A stretch of 64,000 nucleotides of DNA, from the IMG/VR virus record IMGVR_UViG_3300046782_000829. The stretch is one strand, 5' to 3'. The translations under genes were made by a program, and so were the position numbers. This document shows, piece after piece, positions 9,424 through 19,398 of this stretch. The stretch comes from an uncultured virus (IMG/VR IMGVR_UViG_3300046782_000829) (lineage: Duplodnaviria > Heunggongvirae > Uroviricota > Caudoviricetes). Under the pieces are notes generated by a model. The model searched no databases. It was given only the letters and a program-made list of their open reading frames with translations, and was not told the origin of the DNA. Positions within the stretch are counted from its first letter, which is position 1. Every line of letters starts with the position of its first letter.

Positions 9424-11838
9424 CTATGGCGCCGACTTCGGTCCGAACGTGAAGCGACCCTGGCCGGCTTTCTCGAGGAGCTGTTGGTTCTTCGGAGGGC
9501 GCGTCCGGTCCCACTGCGACCAATCCCGGAGCGGGAACGCGGCCGCGAGGAGTCGCTGAGTCGGCGGCCAGATCATCTTCTCCCAGAGGTAGTGACGATC
9601 GGCGTTCTGCCCGTCGTACTCGGACGCCGGGATCGCCTTCAGATTCCCTTCATCTTTCGACCCGTCCTGGATCACGTAGTCGATCTTCGACCCAATCACG
9701 ATCTGCTCGCCCCGCTCCTCGAGTAAGCGCGCAATCGTGACGTGTGGCGGAACCGCCGCCGGCGTCTGGTCCTTCTTCAGTTTCTGCTCGTACTCGTCGG
9801 TCCGCTTCGAGAGCGCCCGGGATTGCTTCACGTCGTCGACCGTCAGGGGGTCCTCGAGAACGTGGCGCTTGTAGCACTCCACCACCTCGACGTACCGGGC
9901 CGGATCCATCGCGTCAGCTCGCGCGGGTGCGCATACGATCTTGATCGCCTCGTACTGGAGCGCGCGCGCGATCTTGTTCGCGTCACCGCGCTTCCACTCG
10001 AGGCCCTTCACTTCGGGCTTCGACTTGTCGGTCGCCCAGTTCCAATCGCCCCGCTTCGCGTCCCACCCGTAGTGACGAAGCCGGCCCACGTACTTCTTCG
10101 CCGACAGGATGACGATCCGCTCGAACATCTTCTCGTACGCGAACGAGATCTTGTTCTCCTGACACCCGCACCCCCTCAGGAGATCCGGATAGAGGGACTC
10201 GTTGCACCATCGGGCGAACGCATCGAACTCGAGTTCGGTGCCGCCGACGATAAAGAGTGAATCGGTATCGCCGTACGTGGTCCGGAGGCCCTTACCGGTA
10301 TGGGGACCGGGTCGCTCCGCGGCATCCGACGTGCGCTTGATCAACCAGACGCCGTTCTGCGTCACGCCCTCCGCGATATCGCGATCGAAAAACCTCGAGT
10401 AGATCGACCCTACGACCCCGTAGAACGAATTGGCCGCGACCTTGTAGGCCATCGACTTCCGGTCAGCGTCACGCCACTCGTCCGTATTCGGAGGCAGCTC
10501 GCTCTTACGTTTCTTCCAGAAGTCGCGGAGCCGGATCAGCTCCTTGAGAGCGTCCGTCAGCATCCCGGCGATGTCGGTCCGGAACACGACCCCATTCGAG
10601 GGGGACCGGCAGAATCCCTCGGGCTGCTTCTCGGAACTCCGCTGACCGGGCGGTGTCGCGACCTTCGTGTCGGGCGACATGTTCCACGTGATCATGATGG
10701 ACGGGTACAGGCTCTTGAAGTCCCCGACGTGAACGTTCTCGATGAACCCCTTGTCCTTCGGTTCCATTACCCAGGCGCCGGCGAACTGCTGCTCGGGTTC
10801 GCGGTCCCAGATCTTCGACGGGAAGTGGGTCCCGCGTTCGACCGCCACCCGGAGCATGAACCCATCGACGAACCGGGTTGGGTTCATCCCGTAGCTGTCC
10901 GGGAAGACCCCGCAGACCTCCGAGATCGTCTGGTGAAGCGCCAGATAGCCGGTCTTCCGGTCGAGCTTCACGACGAGCGCGGAGTCCTGCCGCATGTACC
11001 GAACCATCTCGGCCCGCGACTTGTATCGGCCCTTGTCCTCCCAAGCCTCGAACGTCCGGCGAGGATCGAACTCTTCTTTCCCTTCCCCGATCATGGCCTC
11101 ACAGACCACGTTCAGCTTCAGCGATACCTTCTCGTCACCCGACTCAGCGGCGTTCCGGTTCATCCGCTCGAACAACACCATGTAGTCGAGGAACAGCCAC
11201 CGGCGCTTGTCCTTCACGCGGGCCCGGACCTTCTGAACCCGAACCGGCATCAGCTGGAAGTCGAAGTCATCGCCATTCCAGGCGAGTACGAGATCGAACT
11301 CGTCGAGCGCGAGAAAAAACGCCTCCCAGAGATCCCGCTCCGCCTCGTCCGTATCGGCCTCCAGGACTCCCGTGATGTCGGTCAGGTCCGGGCGCGTGAT
11401 GACCCACGAGAGCAGGCGGGCATTCCCAATAGCGGCCTCGCGCGGCGATACCCGCGAGTCGGTTTCGAAGTCGACCACGCACCAATTCGGCCGCGCGATC
11501 TTCGCACCCGAGTCAGCGAGAAACCGCTGAACCGGTGAAAGATCAGCCTCGAACGCGACAACGCCGGCGCGGCTTAGGGGGCTATCGGGCGAGCACGCTC
11601 GTTCCCGGACCCATCGGTCACTCCACCGGATCCGGACCCAATCGCCCTCGTCCGCGACCGAACGAACGAACCGCGAACTCGAGAGTTCCCGCAGATGGGG
11701 TTCGATCTCGGCCCTCCTGTAGAAGCTCGACCACTCCGCCGGGAGTCGACGCTGCATCAGGGCGTTTGCATCGTTCCGGTAGAGCAGGACCAACTGGTCC
11801 TGCTCTACGAACGCGGTCGTCAGCGCCGGAATCACCAC
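9424..11838 (-). CDS. polB: Family B DNA polymerase with 3'-5' exonuclease
   Basis: Exonuclease motifs DFET, AWNGDDFD, YMRQD; polymerase motifs DFKSLYPS, KVAANSFYG, YGDTDS, KKY, KGLE. Confidence 0.95.
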   Translation of the reverse strand: MVIPALTTAFVEQDQLVLLYRNDANALMQRRLPAEWSSFYRRAEIEPHLRELSSSRFVRSVADEGDWVRIRWSDRWVRERACSPDSPLSRAGVVAFEADLSPVQRFLADSGAKIARPNWCVVDFETDSRVSPREAAIGNARLLSWVITRPDLTDITGVLEADTDEAERDLWEAFFLALDEFDLVLAWNGDDFDFQLMPVRVQKVRARVKDKRRWLFLDYMVLFERMNRNAAESGDEKVSLKLNVVCEAMIGEGKEEFDPRRTFEAWEDKGRYKSRAEMVRYMRQDSALVVKLDRKTGYLALHQTISEVCGVFPDSYGMNPTRFVDGFMLRVAVERGTHFPSKIWDREPEQQFAGAWVMEPKDKGFIENVHVGDFKSLYPSIMITWNMSPDTKVATPPGQRSSEKQPEGFCRSPSNGVVFRTDIAGMLTDALKELIRLRDFWKKRKSELPPNTDEWRDADRKSMAYKVAANSFYGVVGSIYSRFFDRDIAEGVTQNGVWLIKRTSDAAERPGPHTGKGLRTTYGDTDSLFIVGGTELEFDAFARWCNESLYPDLLRGCGCQENKISFAYEKMFERIVILSAKKYVGRLRHYGWDAKRGDWNWATDKSKPEVKGLEWKRGDANKIARALQYEAIKIVCAPARADAMDPARYVEVVECYKRHVLEDPLTVDDVKQSRALSKRTDEYEQKLKKDQTPAAVPPHVTIARLLEERGEQIVIGSKIDYVIQDGSKDEGNLKAIPASEYDGQNADRHYLWEKMIWPPTQRLLAAAFPLRDWSQWDRTRPPKNQQLLEKAGQGRFTFGPKSAP

Positions 11839-11843
11839 GGCGA

Positions 11844-12920
11844 CTAAACCTCTGAGAGCGGATCTTCTTTCTTCACGTCGACCTTCAAAACAAGACCGGC
11901 GCTTCCTTCGAGAATCGTGAACTCCATCACGACACCGTTGTCGAGATCGAGTCGGCAGGTCGGAAGGTCCACGATCGCCTTCGCCTTCTGGGTTGGGTCG
12001 TCGCGCTTCATCAACCCGAGGTTCTTCACCCCGAGCGTTAGGGCCGCCGCGATCGCGCCAGCCGGGAGCGCGCGGCGCCCGGGGGCTCCGTCGGGCATCT
12101 CGCGCCGACCAGTCTCGCGCCGCGGAAGGTTCAGCCGCTTTACCTCAGCCTGAACTTCGCGCGACGATAGCCCTTCGCGCTCGATCTTCTCGATCAGCTT
12201 CTTTTGTTCTGCTTCGTCCGAAACCCGTAGGAGCGCGACGACCTTGTGGGTTCCGAGCTTCTTGGCCTGTTCTTCCGTGAACCGCTTCGAGATGTCCATG
12301 TACCGGTACGCGGTCGATGGGTCGATCCCGATCTCGGTGACGACGAATTGATTGAACCCGCGGTACGACTGCTCGCCTTCTTGGTCACGGCGGAGCCTCC
12401 AGCCCTCGCTGTGAAAGACTTCCGCGATCTTCTTACCGAGGAGCCACTTCGACGCCTCGACACCCGCATTCAGCGCCAGAATATCGCGAACCGCCTCGTC
12501 GAGTTGGCGAAGCAGATTCCCCTCGTCGACCGTCAGGTCGGCCTTCTGGGCCGGTTCGGTTTTCGGCTCGGGTTTCTTCACGATCTCGGTCGAAGGTTTC
12601 GACTGCTTCGGGCGCTTTACCTGCGTGAGCTTCTGGGGCTCCTTCGGTTTCTCCGGAACGCCCGCCTCATCGTCGCCTCGGCCGCAAAACGGACACCCCG
12701 GGAGGTCAACGTCGGAACCCGCAAGACAGAGATCGCACTCGACGAAGTTATCCGGGTTCGTGATGTTCCGGAGGTGGATCTGGAGTAGACCGGCTCGGTT
12801 CGCGAACTTCGCGCCGCGCGGGATTCCCTTCACGCCGAACTTCTTGATTGCCTCGTCGACGAGGGCCTCGTTCATGTGTTCGACCCGGAACGCCGGCGTC
12901 GCGATCGCTTCGCTACTCAT
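11844..12920 (-). CDS. DNA-binding protein with a Zn ribbon and ParB/Spo0J-like HTH and helical region
   Basis: CDLC..CPFC; IGIDPSTAYRYM HTH; ALLRVSDEAEQKKLIEKIEREGLSSREVQAEVK resembles the Spo0J post-HTH helices. Confidence 0.55.
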   Translation of the reverse strand: MSSEAIATPAFRVEHMNEALVDEAIKKFGVKGIPRGAKFANRAGLLQIHLRNITNPDNFVECDLCLAGSDVDLPGCPFCGRGDDEAGVPEKPKEPQKLTQVKRPKQSKPSTEIVKKPEPKTEPAQKADLTVDEGNLLRQLDEAVRDILALNAGVEASKWLLGKKIAEVFHSEGWRLRRDQEGEQSYRGFNQFVVTEIGIDPSTAYRYMDISKRFTEEQAKKLGTHKVVALLRVSDEAEQKKLIEKIEREGLSSREVQAEVKRLNLPRRETGRREMPDGAPGRRALPAGAIAAALTLGVKNLGLMKRDDPTQKAKAIVDLPTCRLDLDNGVVMEFTILEGSAGLVLKVDVKKEDPLSEV

Positions 12921-12945
12921 CTGTCTGCCAAACCTTCCCGGCCCG

Positions 12946-13632
12946 TCAGGCCGCCATCCGTTCGATGTCCGAAACCGTGCAGCCGATATTGATCAGCGCT
13001 TGGTTGATCATTCTGGTCGCGATCGGTCCGTCGATTCCGGCGAACAGCTTCCCCGCGACCTCCCGCACCGATCCACCCGTCGCTACAAGGGCCTCGAGGA
13101 TCGAGCGATCGAACGTCGTTCTGCACCGGGCCAGTATGGCGCGAACCTCCGCAACCCGTTCTTGGATCGGTTCCGCGACGACCATGTCGGCGGGATCGAA
13201 TCCCCCTTCATCGACACCCCGCATCGACGAAAACGGGACCGCGTACCGCGATGGGTTCTTGTCGCGCGTGCCGTGCTTGTTGCACTGGCGGGCGCGGTGG
13301 GCTTCCGCTTTGCCGACAACTCCCGCCCCATAAAGTAAAAACCGCCCGATCGAAACACCACGCGAAGGATCGAATTCGGCGAACTTCTGCCAGACCGCCA
13401 CCGCCATCTCTTGCTCGACGTCCTCGGCACCCGTGGGGGCCTTCCAGCGCCGTAGAATCCAGGCCGCTTTTGCCGCCAACACGGGACGCGTTTGCTTGTA
13501 AAAACACTCGAACGTAATTCGGCCGTCTAGACAAGCTTGAGCTAATTCCTCGAACGAACCGCCGACCGGCGTGATGGTTTTGAGAGCTCGGTCGAGCGCT
13601 ACCCGCGCCCCGGGTTCGTACCGTCTCCTCAT
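12946..13632 (-). CDS. Sigma70-family RNA polymerase sigma factor-like protein
   Basis: Region 2-like AEDVEQEMAVAVWQKFAEFDPSRGVSIGRFL; C-terminal HTH GGSVREVAGKL. Confidence 0.7.
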   Translation of the reverse strand: MRRRYEPGARVALDRALKTITPVGGSFEELAQACLDGRITFECFYKQTRPVLAAKAAWILRRWKAPTGAEDVEQEMAVAVWQKFAEFDPSRGVSIGRFLLYGAGVVGKAEAHRARQCNKHGTRDKNPSRYAVPFSSMRGVDEGGFDPADMVVAEPIQERVAEVRAILARCRTTFDRSILEALVATGGSVREVAGKLFAGIDGPIATRMINQALINIGCTVSDIERMAA

Positions 13633-13679
13633 GACAATGCGCCTACATTGTTCACGTGATCCTCTTTCTCCGGACAATC

Positions 13680-13703
13680 GTCCTAGGTAAAAAACTCTAG
13701 GAC
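13680..13703. promoter_or_regulatory. Inverted repeat GTCCTAG-N10-CTAGGAC in the AT-rich region upstream of the sigma gene (putative operator)
   Basis: Perfect 7-bp arms with an A-rich spacer, in an intergenic region. Confidence 0.45.
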
Positions 13704-13806
13704 CAAAAGTCCCAGTGCGCCAAGCATGACGCGCCCTGTACCTATGTAAGTCTCGCGACTTTCCCCTAAACTAATCGAACGCTTAACACCTCTGCAAGTT
13801 TCTTTT

Positions 13807-14019
13807 TCAACCGACGAGCTTCGCTCGTGCGATCGCGATCGCGCGGGCAAGCCCGAGCTCGTTCGCGATCCTGATCATCTGCCGCCTGCTCACGCCAAAG
13901 TGCGTTGCCACATCGGACGTAATCCAACCGAGGAGCCTGTACTGTTCAAGAACGTCGTTCCGGGCCTGCCGTCGGTCGTACCGAACGAGCGTGCCGATGG
14001 GGGTCGGGCGGTACGACAT
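13807..14019 (-). CDS. Small Fis-like HTH protein
   Basis: GWITSDVATHFGVSRRQMIRIANELGL. Confidence 0.7.
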   Translation of the reverse strand: MSYRPTPIGTLVRYDRRQARNDVLEQYRLLGWITSDVATHFGVSRRQMIRIANELGLARAIAIARAKLVG

Positions 14020-14246
14020 CAGGTGTCTCGCGGCGGAGCCAGCATGGCGGTCACGATCGCCTTTTGGCGCGCGAGCTCGGCCCGGAGTCCTTTACGAGTC
14101 ACGAGCTCATGGAGGTACTTCTCATGAAGTCCGAGCAGGCGTGCCGCGCCGCTGTATGTGCAGCCTGCTTTTACGTACTGGGCGACCACGTATCGGCGAG
14201 CGGCTTCGGGATCAACATCGAACAAGTTGCCTAGGTAGGACCACAC
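14019..14246 (-). CDS. Small Fis-like HTH protein
   Basis: GCTYSGAARLLGLHEKYLHELVTRKGL. Confidence 0.7.
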   Translation of the reverse strand: MWSYLGNLFDVDPEAARRYVVAQYVKAGCTYSGAARLLGLHEKYLHELVTRKGLRAELARQKAIVTAMLAPPRDT

Positions 14247-15193
14247 GATCGGATCAGTTCTCCTAGATAGGATGGCGCGACCGTTGCGGGATCGGAACCT
14301 TTCGGGAGTTCGACGCGTCCGAATTCGACATGTCGGATCAGCGCAGCCCTCATTCGGTCGGCGGCCGCCTCGCCGGCGAGATCCGGATCCGTAAGGGCCA
14401 GGACTCGTCCGAACTGCGCAAGCTTGAGGATCTGGCCGAGATTAACCTTCGAACCCGAGAGGGCCGCCACCGGGAGACCCGTCGCCCTACGGGCCGCCAT
14501 CGCGTTAAGGGCTCCTTCGGTCGCGACGACCGTCTGACCGCGCCGCGCGGCGCGGTCGGGCCAGAGATGCTCGCCGAACATACAGGAGTGGTCGGGACCT
14601 TCTTCCTCCGAAGCCGACAGATACCGGACCATCGCGCCGACGAACGTGCGGGCTGTGTAGTTTCCAATCCGACCCCGTTCGTCACGAGCCGGGAATACGA
14701 TCCGGCCCTGAAGTCGCCCCTCGACCGCGTAGCCAAGCCCCCACTGTTCGACGTCGCGTTCATCGAACCCGCGCTGCTCGACCAGGTATCGACGCGGCGT
14801 TGGGGCCCACGACGCGAGCGGGAGAACCAATACGGTCGCGGGTAGCCGGAACCGCGGCGCGACTGCCGGCTGAACGTTCACGATGAGACGCTCGACCCGT
14901 TGGCCGGCCCCCATCGCGTTCTGCTCGATCCACGAAACCGCCTCACCGGGACCCGAGAACCCATAGATCCGGACGACGAGATCGATCGCGGTCCCGCCCC
15001 ACTTACAACTGTGGCAGTAGTGAACCCCGTGTTTCTCCTGGCCCGGTACGTCTTTGATTCGCCAGGACGGTCGACGGTCTGCGTGACGGCCCCCGGGGCA
15101 GGTCGCGAGCCAGGTGTCGCCGTCGTGGGTCGCCTCGACCCCGAGCTCCGCGAGGAGCTTCGGAACGTCGACCGCGAGGGGGTCGTAACTCAA
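14231..15193 (-). CDS. dnaG: DnaG-like DNA primase (Zn finger plus TOPRIM)
   Basis: CPGGRHADRRPS...YCHSCKWGG, RIVFP, TEGALNAM, LTDPDLAG, KGSDP; TTG start overlaps the helicase stop. Confidence 0.85.
   Translation of the reverse strand: MSYDPLAVDVPKLLAELGVEATHDGDTWLATCPGGRHADRRPSWRIKDVPGQEKHGVHYCHSCKWGGTAIDLVVRIYGFSGPGEAVSWIEQNAMGAGQRVERLIVNVQPAVAPRFRLPATVLVLPLASWAPTPRRYLVEQRGFDERDVEQWGLGYAVEGRLQGRIVFPARDERGRIGNYTARTFVGAMVRYLSASEEEGPDHSCMFGEHLWPDRAARRGQTVVATEGALNAMAARRATGLPVAALSGSKVNLGQILKLAQFGRVLALTDPDLAGEAAADRMRAALIRHVEFGRVELPKGSDPATVAPSYLGELIRSCGPT
14537..14556. repeat. 20-bp palindrome ACCGCGCCGCGCGGCGCGGT inside the primase gene
   Basis: Exact copy. Confidence 0.9.
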
Positions 15194-16626
15194 TCTCGCC
15201 TCCAGGACTTCTTCTCGCGCTTCGGTCCCGCGATGAAGTCCTCCATCTGCCCCCCTGCCGACTCCGCCGATGATCCAAACGGAACCTCGCGACCGCTCCA
15301 GATCTGGGCGGTGTCGGGGTCGAAGTCGAACTCGAGCGCGATCGGCCATCGCCCGTCACGTTGCTTCAACACCAAGAGCTCAAACTTGTTGTCCGGGACC
15401 GACTTGAAGAGCGCCGGGCGGTGCGTCCCGAACAGGTTGTCCGCGACCTCCACGTAGGCGCTCGATCCCTTCATGGTCGAACGATTCGGACGCTTGTCCT
15501 CTCGTTCTTCGACGTCCTTCAACTTCTGTTGATGATTGAAGATCCCGTGACATCGGCTCCTCTCCATCATCTCCTGCTGCCGATACAGGGCCCGCTTCTC
15601 GTCGCTCGGTGAATCTTCCTCGAGCGCTCGCTCCCAGAGGTCGGCGTAAAAGACGTCGCAGCCGGTGTCGCTCAGGTAGCCCTCGATCATGTCGAGGTTT
15701 CGCTCGTTCGACGCGCGCGAAGTCGAACGTCGAAAGGGATTCGGGAGAAACCTCACCCACTTCGAGATGAATTCCTCACGCTCCCGGAGTTGTTCAAATT
15801 GCTCGTCCGTGACGCGACCGAGCTTCACGTCGGAGCGGCTCCACTTCAGCGAGACGCACGCAAGGAACTCGAGGAGCTCTCCTGATTGGGGTTCCCACGC
15901 GCCGACCAGAACACGACGTCGTTGTCGGACCGACCCGAGGATAAAGTGAGCCCCCATCAGGGACTTCCCGGAACCCGAGACGCCCGTGATGAACGTGATC
16001 TTGCCGGGGGCGGCGCCCGGGATCAGGAGCGGTTTGCCGGTTTTTTGATCGACGAGATCGTCGAGCGACCGGATCCCAAACGGATAGATGGCGGCGCCGG
16101 CGCGACGCTTCCGGAGATCCTCCATCTGGTCGCGCACGAGCTGCTGGGGGTCGAGCAGAAGACCGCGATCACCGAATCCGTCGAACGATCTCGCGACCTG
16201 GAGCGCGAGCGCCCTTACCTTATCGGGCTCCGTCCGGGGATCCCGCATCGCGGTCACGAGTCCCTGAAGGGGTCCGATCCAAACATTTACTCGTGCGCGG
16301 TCCCACTCGAGCGTCCGGACGTGATGCTCGATGTTCGGGGGAGGGGCCGGCCGGAGCTCGATCAGCTGCGCCAGATAAGTCGAATCGACGCCGGCCGAAA
16401 GCGTCGCGAGCGTCGCGACGTCGAACCCGAGGTGCCGGCGTTCGAGCTCCCGAATGGCCGACCAGATCGCAGCGTTCTTCGGATCGTGAAAGTAGTCAGA
16501 CGGGACTCGCGAGACGAGAACCCGGCGGAGCTCGGGGGACGCGCACGCGGCCGCGACAATCACGACCTCGTTCAGCGAGTCTACTTCAAGAGTCGCTTCG
16601 CCAGCCTTCGGAGCTTCACGGGGCAT
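15190..16626 (-). CDS. dnaB: DnaB-like replicative helicase
   Basis: N-terminal DYFHDPKNAAIWSAI, Walker A GVSGSGKS, KRPNRSTMKGSS..EVAD, LKQRDG. Confidence 0.88.
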   Translation of the reverse strand: MPREAPKAGEATLEVDSLNEVVIVAAACASPELRRVLVSRVPSDYFHDPKNAAIWSAIRELERRHLGFDVATLATLSAGVDSTYLAQLIELRPAPPPNIEHHVRTLEWDRARVNVWIGPLQGLVTAMRDPRTEPDKVRALALQVARSFDGFGDRGLLLDPQQLVRDQMEDLRKRRAGAAIYPFGIRSLDDLVDQKTGKPLLIPGAAPGKITFITGVSGSGKSLMGAHFILGSVRQRRRVLVGAWEPQSGELLEFLACVSLKWSRSDVKLGRVTDEQFEQLREREEFISKWVRFLPNPFRRSTSRASNERNLDMIEGYLSDTGCDVFYADLWERALEEDSPSDEKRALYRQQEMMERSRCHGIFNHQQKLKDVEEREDKRPNRSTMKGSSAYVEVADNLFGTHRPALFKSVPDNKFELLVLKQRDGRWPIALEFDFDPDTAQIWSGREVPFGSSAESAGGQMEDFIAGPKREKKSWRRD

Positions 16627-16629
16627 CCG

Positions 16630-16935
16630 CTACGGATGACGCCGGATCTGGAGTTTGGAAGCGAGATCTTCGAGCACCTGATTCTCGGCCGACGCGATCC
16701 CGGGTAACGACATTTTGGCCGCTACCGCGCGTAGCTTCCGAACTCGCCCGCCCAAATCGACATCGACGGTTCCCTTCCGAAGATTCCCAAAAAACCACTC
16801 GCTCCACCGGCGGACCTCCCACCATCGAGGGCGGAAGATCCGCCAGAGGTTTCCTTCCCGATCCCCCATCAGGGTACCGTCCGGCACTTCGATCAGAAGC
16901 GGGCGTGGTGGTTTCGGAGGCAAGATCTTACTCAT
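16630..16935 (-). CDS. Hypothetical protein
   Basis: ATGA-coupled to the upstream gene; fills the gap before dnaB. Confidence 0.55.
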   Translation of the reverse strand: MSKILPPKPPRPLLIEVPDGTLMGDREGNLWRIFRPRWWEVRRWSEWFFGNLRKGTVDVDLGGRVRKLRAVAAKMSLPGIASAENQVLEDLASKLQIRRHP

Positions 16936-17462
16936 CGTGCAGCGTCTCGTGCGTTCGCGACCCGGTAGTCGGTCGCCATGCTGGCCGAGAAGAACCATCG
17001 CCAACCGAGCCGCACTCCACCGGTTCCCTGTTGGACTCGTTTCGCCTCGCGGCCCTGTTCACGATGCCAGGCCCACTGCATGTACCGGACTACATCCTCG
17101 AGGCTTCCGCCGAACTGATCACGAGCGAACCTCGTCGCCGCGATCGTCGCGAGTGCGTATTCCTTCCCGTCATCGAGCTCCAGCGGCGGTACCCGGTAGA
17201 CCTGCGCGTGGCAGCGCAAGTAAAGCGCGACGAGATGGCCGGGTCTGGTGCGCGACCAATCGCGTTCTTGGACGAAGTTCGCAACCTCGGACTCGTAGCG
17301 GGCGCGGTCTTTCTCGGAAGTTGGTCGAATGCCTTTTTGCTTCCGCGGTGGGGCCGACGACGCGAACTCCTCGGCCGTCATGCCGGCTTTCTTCTTTCCG
17401 GATGCCGACTCAGCCTGAATCATCAATACGTCGAGACGCTCGTCCGTGAATCGTCGCCGCAT
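16932..17462 (-). CDS. Hypothetical protein in the replication block
   Basis: 176-aa ORF with overlapping start and stop codons on both sides. Confidence 0.65.
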   Translation of the reverse strand: MRRRFTDERLDVLMIQAESASGKKKAGMTAEEFASSAPPRKQKGIRPTSEKDRARYESEVANFVQERDWSRTRPGHLVALYLRCHAQVYRVPPLELDDGKEYALATIAATRFARDQFGGSLEDVVRYMQWAWHREQGREAKRVQQGTGGVRLGWRWFFSASMATDYRVANARDAAR

Positions 17463-17857
17463 TACTTCCTCGAGTTGTCGCCGACGAGCAGACCGAGCTT
17501 CCGGAGGTTCGCCAGGTACGCTTGCTCCTTGCCTGGGTAGGCGCCCTTCGCAAGTTCGATCGCGGCGTTCCAGGCGCGCGCACCAGCGTCCTGGATCGTC
17601 TCGCCCGGCCGAACCTTTACCTTCACGAAGAATGGGCCGTGCTTGAAAGCGTTGAACTGGACCGGGCTGTAGGTTTCTTCGCCGTACGAGATCGTTACCT
17701 CGGTTCCCTCGTCGCCCACTAGTGGCGGTGACGTTGTGTTGTGAACGTTCGTCACAACGGTTCTGACGTCCTGTTCCGAAACCTTCTGCGGCGGCGCCTC
17801 AGCCGTCGGTTCTTTCTTCGCTTCGATCGCGGCTTTCGCCTCTGAACGCTTCAGCAT
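17462..17857 (-). CDS. Hypothetical protein
   Basis: 131-aa ORF with an AGGAGG RBS upstream. Confidence 0.7.
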   Translation of the reverse strand: MLKRSEAKAAIEAKKEPTAEAPPQKVSEQDVRTVVTNVHNTTSPPLVGDEGTEVTISYGEETYSPVQFNAFKHGPFFVKVKVRPGETIQDAGARAWNAAIELAKGAYPGKEQAYLANLRKLGLLVGDNSRK

Positions 17858-17858
17858 C

Positions 17859-19361
17859 TCAAGTCCTCCTGATTCCGCCCCGGTAAGCCTTCTCGCGCTT
17901 CAGATACTCGTCCGCCGGCACCCAGACCTGTCGGTCGAGCACGACAACGTCGTCGTTCCAGCGCGCGAGATTCTCGACCGCCTTCAGGCCCGTGATGGCG
18001 CGATCCCAGAGGTAATAGAGCCTCGCGCCTTCCTTGCCGGCCGAGGTCCGGCAGAACCGACCCCGGACCTGCCCGAGGAGCTGTTCGTTCCCGATATGAC
18101 TACACAGGACGGCGCGGTCGAGCGTCGGAACGTCGATCCCGGTCCCGACCGCCTTGATGGTCCCGACGACCGTTCGGATCTTCCCCGACGCCGCGTTCCG
18201 GACCGCTTCATCGAACTCGCGTTCGTTCTCCGGTCCCCCCACCATCACGCCAGGCGGGAACCCTCGCGCCACCAGCCCCGCCGCGAGCCTCTCGCAGGCG
18301 GCACGTCGGTCAGCCAGGAGGGCGACGACGTGGCCCGCACGGGCCTCCTGGGCCGCAAGGTCGGCCGCTATCGTGATCCTACCGGGGTCGGTCGCGAGTT
18401 CACCCTGGAGCTTCGTGTGGGCCCACCGGATCCGGAAGGGGTTCCCGGACGCCTTCGCCTGCCGGTACCAGCCGGGGGGCTCGTAGCCGGTCGGGACGAG
18501 CGCGACCTGTACGTCGTGCACGATTCCCTTCTGAACGACCTCCTGCCGCGGTACCTCCGCGACGACATCACCGAAGAGGTCCCGGATCATGTACTCGCGC
18601 CCGTCGCGCCGGCGTTCGTCCTTCGAGATCCCAATCCGGTACTGGGCCGGGAACGGATCGATCGCCGCGAAGAAAGTGTCGGCGGCCGCCGTCTGGACCT
18701 CGTCAAACACAACGGTCCCGAACATCGCCATCTGGTCCTCCACGAGCGGCCGGATCGCGAGGGTCTTCTGCATCGCGACCGTCAGGGGGGCGAGCCTGCG
18801 GGTCGGGCCCTGCACGATCCCGATGTCGATCTCCCGAAGCCCACATTCTTCCCGGATGCGCTCGACCCACTGCTTCAGGAGTCCCTTCGTGTGAACGATG
18901 ACGAGCATCCAGCGCCCGACCCGACACGCGAGCGCGAGCGCGGCTGACGTTTTGCCCCCACCGGTTTCGGCCCGCAGCAGACAGTTCTGCCGGGCCATCG
19001 CGGCCACGACCATCCGTTCTTGGTGGTCCCACGGTACGCCCCCCTTCGGGTACCGGTGCCGGACCGTCATCGGGCAACCGGACGCGCGCGCGTCGACGAC
19101 CCTGTACGGGACTCCGGTCGCGCTGAGGATCCGGCGGACGCGCCCCATCCCGCCCCGCGGGACCGAGATCCCGGAGGGGATCGGGCGCCACGTTACGTCG
19201 ATCTCGCCGGTCGGACCGGGCTGTCCCGGGAGCGCCGGGATTGGGTGTTCGAACTCCCGCTTGAGCGTCGGGAGGGCGGCCGTGAGCTCGTGCGGCGGCA
19301 CCGGACTCGATTCCGGGACCTCCTCGACCTCGACACGGTTCGTGACCGTCACGACCACCAT
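17859..19361 (-). CDS. Superfamily 2 (DExD/H-type) helicase
   Basis: WDHQ, ETGGGKT, VVFDEVQ, GTGIDVPTLD, QVRGRFCR. Confidence 0.88.
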   Translation of the reverse strand: MVVVTVTNRVEVEEVPESSPVPPHELTAALPTLKREFEHPIPALPGQPGPTGEIDVTWRPIPSGISVPRGGMGRVRRILSATGVPYRVVDARASGCPMTVRHRYPKGGVPWDHQERMVVAAMARQNCLLRAETGGGKTSAALALACRVGRWMLVIVHTKGLLKQWVERIREECGLREIDIGIVQGPTRRLAPLTVAMQKTLAIRPLVEDQMAMFGTVVFDEVQTAAADTFFAAIDPFPAQYRIGISKDERRRDGREYMIRDLFGDVVAEVPRQEVVQKGIVHDVQVALVPTGYEPPGWYRQAKASGNPFRIRWAHTKLQGELATDPGRITIAADLAAQEARAGHVVALLADRRAACERLAAGLVARGFPPGVMVGGPENEREFDEAVRNAASGKIRTVVGTIKAVGTGIDVPTLDRAVLCSHIGNEQLLGQVRGRFCRTSAGKEGARLYYLWDRAITGLKAVENLARWNDDVVVLDRQVWVPADEYLKREKAYRGGIRRT

Positions 19362-19378
19362 TGCGGCCGAGATGGCTC

Positions 19379-19398
19379 ACCGCGCCGCGCGGCGCGGT
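19379..19398. repeat. 20-bp palindrome, intergenic
   Basis: Exact copy. Confidence 0.9.

Noticed and set aside
9424..19361. Inteins or introns in PolB, the helicases or primase
   Set aside because: Lengths are ordinary, and I saw no intein splice-junction or homing-endonuclease motifs.
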